Shown: one piece after another, positions 1 through 9,538 of the stretch
Layout: each line of letters opens with the position of its first letter
Position numbering within the stretch: position 1 is the first letter of the stretch
Translations under genes and position numbers: made by a program
DNA from: Octopus sinensis
Lineage: Eukaryota
Length of the DNA: 26,719 nucleotides
Direction of reading: 5' to 3'
Assembly (NCBI RefSeq): GCF_006345805.1
Contig: NW_021834069.1
Span: 1-26,719 of the forward strand
The notes under the pieces: generated by a model
Told to the model about the DNA's origin: nothing
The model's input: the letters and a program-made list of their open reading frames with translations, nothing else
Database searches by the model: none

Positions 1-105
1 CCTCTCGACCACGTGGCTTTGGGGTTCTACTATAGCACCGGGCCGACGAAAGCCTTGTGAGTGGATTTGGTGGGCGAAACCGAAAGAAGCACGTCGAATA
101 TGCAC
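1..105 (+). mobile_element. 3' part of a tRNA-derived SINE (octopus OR/OK-type), followed by (TATG)n/(TA)n tail
   Basis: AAAGCCTTGTGAGTGGATTTGG..GAAAC.GAAAGAAGC matches the same motif at ~25705-25744 (+) and in reverse at ~22705-22760 and 26345-26395. Confidence 0.75.
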
Positions 106-243
106 AAACACATACACGCACACGCACATATGTATTTATGTATGTATGTATGTATGTATGTATGTATGTATGTATGTAGGTATGTATGTATGTATGTGTG
201 TATATATATACACTATGTGTATATATATATATATATGTATATA

Positions 244-282
<39 letters not shown>

Positions 283-300
283 CATATATATATATATATT

Positions 301-339
<39 letters not shown>

Positions 340-365
340 ATATTATAATATATATATATAATATA

Positions 366-426
<61 letters not shown>

Positions 427-466
427 ATATATATTATATATATGTATGTATGTATGTATTTATGTA

Positions 467-609
467 TTACCGGTAAAGGTTTAGCTGCCAATTCTGTACA
501 AGACATTGTAGATCTTTAGCTGGGCTAAAAAGTCACATTCGATCTCAGGACCAGTAACAGTTAAGATTCGTGCACTGGCCATACTCGATAACGAGGGGGC
601 AGCCATCAT
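467..609 (+). mobile_element. 3' end of an RTE-type LINE with C-terminal C2H2-like knuckle (copy A)
   Basis: Homologous copy B reads [28 protein letters not shown], followed by a short 3'UTR ending GCCATCAT; copy A is frameshifted. Confidence 0.6.
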
Positions 610-617
610 GTGGTTAA

Positions 618-893
618 TAGAGGTCACAAAAATTGACGGCGGGTACTGACCAGCACCAGAAATTGCTAAAACAAGAGTAAAATAACTCAAAAGCTACAAA
701 GCACAGTACTTAATGACTGACAAAGGAGATATGTCCGCACGTATTTAGCCGGATCGAACGATTTCGGATTTTCTTGCATAGCATCTTATCCTCGTCAGCG
801 TCTTTTAACGCCTAGATTTTTGCCATTATTTTGAGTCTTGTTTCTAGCAATAGCTAATGCTGGTCAGTACCCTCCGTCATTTTGTGACCTCTC
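618..893. mobile_element. MITE with ~70-bp TIRs and TTAA TSD (Sola3/Kolobok-like), copy A
   Basis: TTAA|TAGAGGTCACAAAA.TGACGGCGGGTACTGACCAGCA ... TGCTGGTCAGTACCCTCCGTCATTTTGTGACCTCTC|TTAA; TTAA at 614-617 and 894-897. Confidence 0.75.
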
Positions 894-1103
894 TTAATTT
901 TTGCCTTGAGGTTCAAATTGCTAATAAGCCACCCATTTAATTTGTTGTATTATGTACTACATACATACACACACACCCACACACATATATATATATATAT
1001 ACATATATACATACATATATATACACACATACATACATATATATATATATATATAATAAATATAATATAAAGTAAACATATATCATATATACATACATAT
1101 ATG

Positions 1104-1210
1104 TACGTACCTACCTCTACCACATGTGAATATACATGCATATACGGGTACAGACAAAAAAAACGTCGAACACAATGAGAAACGAAAACATAAACACAAA
1201 ACCAAGGAAA
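1104..1210. repeat. Unassigned interspersed repeat embedded in microsatellite (3 copies in window)
   Basis: TACGTACCTAC...GGGTACAG...AAAACGTCGAACACAATGAGAAACGAAAACATAAA also at ~9341-9450 and ~18801-18910. Confidence 0.8.
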
Positions 1211-1213
1211 ATC

Positions 1214-1255
<42 letters not shown>

Positions 1256-1504
1256 TGTGTGTGTCCGTGCGCGCGTGCTTTAATATTGGTTCGTTTAGGT
1301 CTCCGTAATCTAGAGATTCGGCAAAAAAAAAACCAAAAAGAAAAACAAAACGCCGAATGGAATAAGCATCTGAATTTTAAGGAAGAAGTACTTCTGTCGG
1401 TGTGTTCAATTATATTCCTCAAGTAGGCACACCAGCATGGCCGCAGTCCAATAACTGAAACAAGTGAAAGTTATACATACATATATAACATATGTACGTA
1501 CCTA

Positions 1505-1797
1505 GGGGCACTCCGTCGATTACGACGACGAGGGTCCCAGCTGATACGATCAACGGAATAAGCTTGCTCGTGAAATTAACTTGCAAGTGGCTGAGCACTG
1601 CACGGACACGTGTGCCCTTAACATAGTCCTCAGGGAAATTCAGCGTGACACGGAGTGCGACAAGGCCGGCCCTTTGAAATATAGGTACTACTCATTTTTT
1701 GCCAGCTGAGTGGACTGGAGCAACGTGAAATAAAGTGTCTTGCTCAAGGACACAACGTGTAGCGAGGAATTGAACTCACGTTCTTACGATCGCCAAA
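1505..1797 (-). mobile_element. tRNA-derived SINE (same family as 4962-5349), copy A
   Basis: Reverse complement matches the 3' half of the 4962-5349 SINE (GGCCGGCCTTGTC, CTCAGCCACTT, CCCTCGTCGTCGTAA.CGACGGAGTGC). Confidence 0.85.
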
Positions 1798-1809
1798 CGG
1801 TTACCAGAA

Positions 1810-1972
1810 TTTCGTGTGTCGTTACGTTCTGAGTTTAAATTCGACCGGGGTCAACTTTGACTTTCATCCTTTCGGGGACGATATATTAAGTACCAGTTGC
1901 ATACTGGGATCGAACTAATCGAGTGTGCCCCCTCCGCTCCCCCTAAATTTCGGGCCTTGATCATAAAGAAGA
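1810..1972 (+). mobile_element. tRNA-derived SINE fragment (family of 5989-6189)
   Basis: B-box-like GAGTTTAAATTC, central CTTTCATCCTTTCGGGG..GAT..ATTAAGTACCAG and AAATTTCGGGCCTTG tail. Confidence 0.75.
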
Positions 1973-1990
1973 AAAAAATATATTTGTACC

Positions 1991-2042
<52 letters not shown>

Positions 2043-2069
2043 TATATACGTATATATATTGTACACACA

Positions 2070-2107
<38 letters not shown>

Positions 2108-2142
2108 CACACACACACCACACCACACATACATACACACAC

Positions 2143-2357
2143 GAGAGATGCTGAAAAGTTTCTGATTTTAAGGGTTATTGTGAAAGGCCTGGTTCGTGGC
2201 TTAACTTTCCGAGTCCTTATACAGGGCGTGGAAAACTGAAGGACCGCTGCAATAAATATGTGAATCCGAAAAAAGAATATGTTGAATAAAATCATAATTA
2301 ACTGATTCTCTTGTATTTTCTTTTACCGAAAGCCAGGAACTTTTCAGTATCCCCACG
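2143..2357 (+). mobile_element. 3' end of a Tc1/mariner element (copy A)
   Basis: Copy B translates ...LIQGVEKLKDRCNKYVNPKKEYVE* (mariner C-terminus); ends in TIR-like CCAGGAACTTTTCAGTATCCCCACG|TA. Confidence 0.7.
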
Positions 2358-2392
2358 TAAATACATTATTCTTTAATAAGAATAGTATTGAT

Positions 2393-2434
2393 AGTGACTT
2401 CGAAGGTTTCGGCTAGTTAAACCATCATCGGACT
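2393..2434 (-). ncRNA. Degenerate type I hammerhead ribozyme motif (copy A)
   Basis: Minus strand: AGU-CCGAUGA-U-GGUU(UAACU)AGCC-GAA-AC(C)UUCGAAGU-C-ACU; U4C core, GUC site, only 3-bp stem I. Confidence 0.5.
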
Positions 2435-2493
2435 GGTCAAAGTATAATAAAGTATGACGGAACCCTTCAAATTAATGTAAAATTGTTTTAGTA

Positions 2494-2969
2494 CGAGGGT
2501 GAATCAAAAAGTAATGCCATTTTGTTTAGGACAAAACGAAGCTGGTCCTCTGTGGGTCACATCCCTACTTCTCAACATAGTTACTGTTTCCCTCAATAGC
2601 AATATTTCACTTTCGAATGAGAGCGTGCATCCCTGCTCTGTAAAATCCTGCTGACTGTTCTATGATCCACCTCTTCACTCCCTCCTCACTCACCAGATTT
2701 AGCACCTTCAGACTATTGTCTCTTCGGCACCACGAAAGAGGGTTTGAGAGGCAAACGTTATTCCAGTGACGCGGAAATGAAAACTGTAGTTAGAAGGAGC
2801 TCAAAAAACAGTCAACAGAACTTTACGGGGCAGAGATACATGCTCTCATTCGAAAGTGGAACATTGCTATTGAGAGAAACGGTGACTATGTTGAGGAGTA
2901 GGGATGTGATCCACAGAGGATCAGCTTCATTTTGATGTATGATACATGTTCCTGTGTTGGTCACCCTCG
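2494..2969. mobile_element. Mariner-derived foldback MITE, copy A (right TIR partly deleted)
   Basis: TA|CGAGGGTGAATCAAAAAGTAATGCC left TIR; internal DLAPSDY..LRGKRYSSDAEMK transposase C-terminus; ~2539-2660 is the reverse complement of ~2816-2930. Confidence 0.85.
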
Positions 2970-3017
2970 AATAACATAAAAGCAAATATTATCTATCTAT
3001 CTATCTATGCACACATC

Positions 3018-3200
3018 TTTTCTACTACAGACACAAGGCCCAAAATGTATCAGGGGTGGGGATCGTCGATAACATCAAGCCTAGTGCTCAACTGATACCT
3101 GTTTTATCGACTTGGAAAAGAACGAAATTTGAACTCAGAACATAAAGACGGGCAACGTGCCGCAAAACATTTTGTTCGGTGTGTAAACGGTTCTGCCAAT
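3018..3200 (-). mobile_element. Degraded tRNA-SINE
   Basis: TTTCTACTACAGACACAAGGCC...TTTGAACTCAGAAC...TTCTGCCA resembles 5989-6189. Confidence 0.6.
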
Positions 3201-3404
3201 TCCCGCAATATTCTAAGTAATAGAAACACTAATCAATACAAAATTTATGGAATAAATATGATGAGGAATAGTCACAGTTTATGCTTACATTCCGTTAATG
3301 CGACATTCCATCAATCTGTTACAATAATTCAAAAGTTTACGAAGTTTTGAAATTCCGGCATCAAACATTGGTGTAACGGAATGTGCGATCAACTTGAAAT
3401 ATTC

Positions 3405-3449
<45 letters not shown>

Positions 3450-3654
3450 AATATTTTTTCTTTACTACCTACAAGGGGCTAAACACAGAGAGGACAAACG
3501 GATTAAATCGATTATATCAACCCCAGTGCGTAACTGGTACTTATTCAATCGACTCCGAAAAGATGACAGGCAAAGTCGACCCGGCGGGCATTTGAACTCA
3601 GAACGTAGCGGCAAACGAATAATAATTATAATAATAATAATAATAATAATAATG

Positions 3655-3687
<33 letters not shown>

Positions 3688-3735
3688 TAATAATAATAAT
3701 AATTTATATATTATTATAATAATAATAATAATAAT

Positions 3736-3789
<54 letters not shown>

Positions 3790-3800
3790 TATTATAATAA
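3405..3800. repeat. (AAC)n, (TAA)n and (TTA)n microsatellites surrounding a SINE fragment (3456-3621, minus)
   Basis: Direct reading; SINE motif CCCCAGTGCGTAACTGGTACTT...TTTGAACTCAGAACG. Confidence 0.85.
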
Positions 3801-3958
3801 CAAGAGCACTCAGCGCAAACCTCCGCTAAGGCAACGCCAATGTCCTCTCAACGATTAGCCAGAGATAATTTTGAAAAAGAGAATATCTAAAATAAACTCG
3901 ACGTCTCTCACAAACGAAAATGCTAAAAATGAATCTGATTGGCGCGAAAAGTATGGGT

Positions 3959-4870
3959 GTAAATGCAGGAAGAATTCAACCAAAGAGCTGAGTAGAAGAG
4001 AAAAGAAGACTTCTTGAAACGAGAGTGCATGTACAGTTTGAAAGGAATATACAGGACGTTAAAGATAATACCAATATTGTGGGCATGGCTTGAGCGAGGT
4101 GATTTGAAGCATACCACCGAAAGCCTGATCATTGCTGCCCAAGACCAGGCTCTCGCTACTAATTCAGTGAAGTATAACATCTATAAAACTTCTGACACCC
4201 AGTAATGCAAACTCTGTGGAAAGAGTGTGGAAAATGTGACTCACTTGGTAAGTGGATGTGAGAGCCTTGCACAAAAAGAATACTAGCGCAGCCACGATAA
4301 AGTGTGTGTGTATCTTCATTGGCTCTTATGCCGTAAATACCAATATGAAGTAACAGATACGAGCATGTACCAAGTAAAGTTATGCAGTAAGATGGAAAAG
4401 TAACGATAATCTGGGACTATGATTTTCAGACGGATCGTGTAATCGAACACCATCGACTGGATATTGTCATATTGAATAAGAGAGACAAATACTGTCAGAT
4501 CATTGATGTAGCCATACCAAATGACATGATTGTTGTGATTAAAAAGGTGGAAAAAATCACCAAGTACTCCGGAAAGAAATTGGAAACTGCAAGATTGTAT
4601 GGAACGAGAGAGGGTAATGTAAAAGTGATACCAGTGGTGATCGGAGCGTTGGGCTCAATCCCATTGAAACTTCAAAACTTCTTAAGGCAACTGGAAATCC
4701 CATGCAAGATTGATGTCTTGCAAAAAGCAGCCTTATTGGGCACAACGCACATCTTAAGGAAAGTATTATCTGTCTGAGGTCATCGTTGCGACTTGACAGA
4801 TGACTAAAGACTCCAGTGCATTTTTACTTACACTGTGTTACGAAGGAATAATAACAATAATAATAATAAT
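3959..4870 (+). mobile_element. 5'-truncated R4/Dong-clade non-LTR retrotransposon (REL endonuclease), inactive
   Basis: LIIAAQDQALATN motif, CKLC-x8-H-x4-C knuckle (4206-4259), RLDIV..IIDVAIP..EKITKY REL domain, VIPVVIGALG..LQKAALLGT..ILRKVL* (stop 4775-4777), ends in (TAA)n; internal stops. Confidence 0.85.
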
Positions 4871-4929
4871 CCTTTCTACCATAGGCACAAGGCCTGAAAT
4901 TTTGAGGGAGAGGTCCAGTCGATTAGATC

Positions 4930-5710
4930 TGCCCATGTGACAACAGGATCACTGTGAAAGAGTGGAGGCGCAATGGCCCAGTGGTTAGGGCAGCGGACTC
5001 GCGGTCATAGGATCGCGGTTTCGATACCCAGACCGGGCGTTGTGAGTGTTTATTGAGCGAAAACACCTAAAAGTTCCACGAGGCTCCGGCAGGGGATGGT
5101 GGTGATCTCTGCTGTACTCTTTCACCACAACTTTCTCTCACTCTTACTTCCTGTTTCTGTTGTACCTGTATTTTAAAGGGCCGGCCTTGTCACTCTCTGT
5201 GTCACGCTGAATATCCCCGAGAACTACGTTAAGGGTACACGTATCTGTGGAGTGCTCAGCCACTTACACGTTAATTTCACGAGCAGGCTGTTCCGTTGAT
5301 TCGGATCAACCGGAACCCTCGTCGTCGTAACCGACGGAGTGCTTCCATCATCACTGTGAAAGAAGGAAACATAAACAACTGTGACGATTTGAAGTGGGAA
5401 ATACGAAGGTTGTGGTCGATGAAGAGAGTCGACGTGATATCAATAGTAATTGGAGCGCCTGGAGGTATCAGTTCCCAACTACCAACATGGCTGAAAAAGA
5501 TGGGTGCAAGTGTGAAGGTAGAACACCTATAAATATCAGCATTGCTTGGAACTTCAAGAATTCTTCGCAGGGTTCTTGAAGCATGACCAGTAAACACTTG
5601 TCACCTTAGTCTGCTGGCTGTGGACAGATGACACTTTCTATCATACCCAGCAATATAAGCTGTGAATTTTCATATGATAACAACAACAACAACAACAATA
5701 ATAATAATAA
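4930..5710 (+). mobile_element. Second R4/Dong-like 3' fragment, split by a SINE
   Basis: CPCDNRITVKE|GNINNCDDLKWEIRRLW..IVIGAPG..ALLGTSRILRRVLEA*; ends in (AAC)n(TAA)n. Confidence 0.8.
4962..5349 (+). mobile_element. Full-length tRNA-derived SINE with 14-bp TSD
   Basis: A box TGGCCCAGTGG (4974-4984), B box GGTTTCGATACC (5017-5028); TSD ATCACTGTGAAAGA at 4948-4961 and 5350-5363. Confidence 0.9.
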
Positions 5711-5721
5711 ATGATAATACT

Positions 5722-5975
5722 GGTTCCAAATTTTGGTACAAAGACAATTCGAGGGAGAGGCTAAGCCGATTACATAGACCCTAGTGCATAACTGATGCTT
5801 ATTTTATCGACCCGAAAGAATATAAGGCAGAGCTTTCACGACAAGATTGCTACCATTAAACTAGCGCACCAACCTGCAAATATAAGGCAGAGTTTGACCT
5901 CGGCGGAATTTGAACTCAGAACGTAAAGACTGCTAAGCATTTTGTCCGACGTGCACACGATTCTGCCAGCTTGCC
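5722..5975 (-). mobile_element. tRNA-SINE carrying a 46-bp insertion flanked by 14-bp direct repeats
   Basis: Similar to 5989-6189; AATATAAGGCAGAG at 5819-5832 and 5879-5892. Confidence 0.75.
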
Positions 5976-5988
5976 GTCTTTATAATAA

Positions 5989-6189
5989 TCCTTTCTACTA
6001 TAGGTACAAGGTCTGAAATTTGGTAGAAGGGAACTAGTCTCTTACATCGACTCCAGTGCGTAACTGGTACTTAATTTATCGACCCTGAAAGGATGAAAGG
6101 CAAAGTCAACCTCGCCGGAATTTGAACTCACAACGTAACGCAGACGAAATACCGCTAAGCATTTCGCCCGGCGTGCTAACGTTTCTGCC
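5989..6189 (-). mobile_element. tRNA-derived SINE, near full length
   Basis: Minus strand: TGGCAGAAACGTTAGCAC (A box) ... GAGTTCAAATTCC (B box) ... CCTTTCATCCTTTCAGGGTCGATAAATTAAGTACCAG ... CCTATAGTAGAAAGGATTAT. Confidence 0.85.
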
Positions 6190-6339
6190 ACCGTCTCCCG
6201 TCACCTTCACTCGATGGGTAAGGTCCAAAAACTAAGTTACATGGGTGCCAAACGCTCTGAACCAAAGAGTTAAACTTCAGCGTCCCTCTATCGCCACCAT
6301 TTTCCTCACTCGACGCTAGGCAACTCGTGGGCACAAACT

Positions 6340-6800
6340 CGTTCCTTCATCGGCGAGGGAAAATGATGGATTTATATGAATATGGAGCAGAGGGAAGAAT
6401 GGATAAGTCGCGACAAGCAAGCAATATTTTGAGCCAAACCAGATCTACACTTACACAGAATGATCGGCATTTGAGGAGATTGGGAAGGACTAATCCAAAA
6501 CAAAATACTTGAAAAAAACCGCACTGTCAATGCAGAGCTTTACATTCAGTAGATGGACCAGCTCAATGAGGTAATCCAGCTGAAACGACCAGACATGTAA
6601 CACGGCGTGCTTCTTCAACATGACAAAGCCCGATCCCACGTCGGTATTTTAACCAAATAATGCTATTCAAGAATTCTGTTGGAAAGTCCTACCCTATCCA
6701 CTGTATTCTCCTGATCACCTTCAGATTATCAACTTTTCTGGTTGCTCTTCAACAATCTGTGTGGCGTTTTGTTCAAGAACGACGTGGAACTGAAAGCGAA
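6340..6800 (+). pseudogene. Old mariner transposase relic
   Basis: Frameshifted motifs: WIYMN..EW..AKPDLH, TVNAELY..LNEVIQLKRP, LLQHDKARSH, PYPLYSPD..SDY. Confidence 0.75.
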
Positions 6801-6914
6801 GAGTTCGTATATATATATGCAATCTTTGAGTGATATTTTTGCAGTCGCATCTTTAAGCTTTTGCAAATCCTAAAATAGCATGTGTACGTGCATGTTTGTA
6901 TATGCACCCCAGTC

Positions 6915-7241
<327 letters not shown>

Positions 7242-8284
7242 CTATATCTATATAAAACTGAAATGCGTTTTTACCGCTTGGATTGCTTTCAATGCCACTA
7301 ATCCCGTCCGATTCGCTCCAAAATTTACAGGGACATTTAGAATGAGGTGACGAAGCTCGTGGGCTAGGGGCCATCTTCCTCACTCACGCTATTTCCTCCT
7401 TTCCCTCTCTTACTTCTCTTCATTTATAACTTTGATAAGTCCACTACCGTTATTTAATGTATTCCCCTCAACTCCCTTTCACTTTAACTTTATAAGTTCG
7501 ACAGGCGGCGTTCTTTGATGGATATGTTTGCATTCATAGGCAGAATTATCATCGCTACCAACAACACACAATCCTGAGAACAAATATTATGAATCAGATA
7601 TTCTTGCGTTCATTTATATGTGTGTGTGTTCTATATATAAATATGTATATATAATGTATGTGTGTGTGTGTGTGTGTTCTATATATAAATATGTATATAT
7701 AATGTATATATACAAAGTGTATATATCTGTATTTATGTATATGAAACTTTTTCATACTTTTTCATAGTTATATATATTTTTAAACAAATTATAAATATAA
7801 TTTAATAATTTATTTTCAATTTAAATAATTTAAATTTTTCAATTTTAGATTTTATATATTTTCTATATTATATATATTTTAATGTTTTTGTTTTTGGTTT
7901 TTCACTGTTTGATTGCCTATTAGTGGTTTTATCTCTAATTTAATTTATACAGATTATATCTCATTTGTATACATTTGTATATATAATGCGTGCACACACA
8001 CACACACACACATATATATATACACATATATATATATAAGTGGCATTACGTAGTCGGTCGATTCAGCTGAAAATATGCACACCTATTAAAAGTGCTGGCA
8101 AGTTTGCATGACAACTATTTTTTTCCTCAAATGAAAGGCGTCACCTCTAGGACAAAATTCCTCATCTTATAAAATGTGGCCCCAGTAGACCCGAATGAAT
8201 CGAGTTATATAACCAAAATGTGAAAAGGGGTCTAATTGGGGCTGGAAGGGGATTAAAATTTCAAGGAGCGGGTGTTTAGCAATT

Positions 8285-8640
8285 CTCTGTTACATCAAGC
8301 TAAAAAATTTGCGCCAGCCTTTTAATCGTCAATGTGTTGCCGTCCATGATAAAGAAGTTTTGAATGCTTGCCATGGTGAGTCTACTGTCGTGAGAAAGAA
8401 TCAATTCAAAACTTGGATTTTAGGGATTTTCTTTTACATCAAGTTCAAAATTTTACGCTAGCCGTTGAACTGTCAATACGTTGCTGTCCGTCGTTAAGAA
8501 ATGCCAGTCATGGTGACTCTACTATCATCAAATTTATCCCTTCAAACTTTGGTTTCCAATATCTTATTATTTTTATTCAGCTCGCAAGTTCGTCTGTCCC
8601 TTTTAAATGTTAGTGTTTTGCTGTCTGCCTTGAAGCAGAC
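8285..8640. repeat. Degenerate ~140-144-bp tandem repeat (about 2.5-3 units)
   Basis: TTACATCAAG..AAATTT..GC.AGCC.TT.AA..GTCAAT..GTTGC.GTCC ... CATGGTGA.TCTACT.TC at 8290 and 8434; weaker third unit near 8575-8635. Confidence 0.6.
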
Positions 8641-8844
8641 CTTTCCGTTGTTACTGCCTCATATTTATGATTGATCTTTCTAAATATTTTATTTCTCAAC
8701 TTACTCAAGATCTTTTGTTGTTTATAAATGGGAGAGAGATAGATAAAGATAGAGAGTAAGAGAAAGCGAGGGAGAGTCCGAGAGAAAGGAAGAGTAAGAG
8801 AGTGGGAAAGTGAGAGAGAGAGGAGAGAGAAAGAAAGAGGGAGA

Positions 8845-9166
8845 ATCATCATCATCATCGTTTAACGTCCGTTTTCCGTGCTAGCACGGGTTGGACAGTT
8901 TGACCGGGGTCTGGGAAGCCAGGAGGCTGCACCAGGCTCCAGTCTGATCTGGCAGTGTTTCTACAGGTGGATGTCCTTCCTAACGCAAACCACTCCGTGA
9001 GTGTAGTGGGTGCTTTTTTCGTGCCGCCGGCACAGGAGCCAGAGGGGTGGGGCTGGTAGCGGCCACAATCGGTTGGTGCTTTTTACGTGCTACCGGCACA
9101 GAAGCCAGTCAAGGCGGCGCTGCAATCGGCCATGTTCGGATGGTGCTTTTTACGTGCTGAAAGGAA
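8845..9166 (-). mobile_element. SINE/LINE fragment with RTE-like 3' tail
   Basis: Minus strand ends GGAAAACGGACGTTAAACGATGATGATGAT; three internal GGTGCTTTTT.CGTGC repeats. Confidence 0.65.
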
Positions 9167-9256
9167 GCAACAGAAAGTAACAACCACACTCTTATCCGTG
9201 CGTAGAGCGGGTCACCTTCAGCTAGTATATATATATAAATTAAATATACATATATA

Positions 9257-9296
<40 letters not shown>

Positions 9297-9538
9297 ACAA
9301 AAAAATAAATAAAACATATGCATATAAACATGCATATATGTACGTACCTACATCTATATGTATATATACATGCATATATGGGTACAGGACACCAAAAAAA
9401 ACGTCGAACACAATGAGAAACGAAAACATAAAAACAGAACCATGGAACGGACATATAGCAATGGAAATGTATATGTCAACGCAGGTACAACGCATACATC
9501 CACTTAGAGGCATACACGCATGTATACACGCATACATA

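Larger units (their letters stand above)
62..3008 (+). repeat. Segmental duplication, copy A (composite of RTE end, MITEs, SINEs, mariner pieces)
   Basis: Collinear, high-identity match to 17733-21034 in all non-microsatellite segments, same orientation. Confidence 0.95.

Noticed and set aside
61-425. Many YI/MYVC/HT-rich ORFs here and throughout the window
   Set aside because: Translations of (TA)n, (TATG)n, (CA)n and (TATC)n microsatellites; no coding signal
3256-3300. AUGAUGA-GGAAU...AUUCC hammerhead look-alike
   Set aside because: No GAAA after stem II and no stem I or III
3799-3935. AACAAGAGCACTCAG... segment that looks like a repeat terminus
   Set aside because: Single occurrence, with no partner terminus or TSD in the window; cannot classify
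4962-5040. Possible tRNA gene
   Set aside because: A/B boxes continue into a 390-bp SINE body with TSDs and related copies elsewhere; it is a SINE head
7240-7610. Unique-looking stretch with a pyrimidine tract and AG (possible exon) and a GTGACGA-AGC/GCT motif
   Set aside because: No convincing ORF or donor, and no GAAA/stem III for a ribozyme
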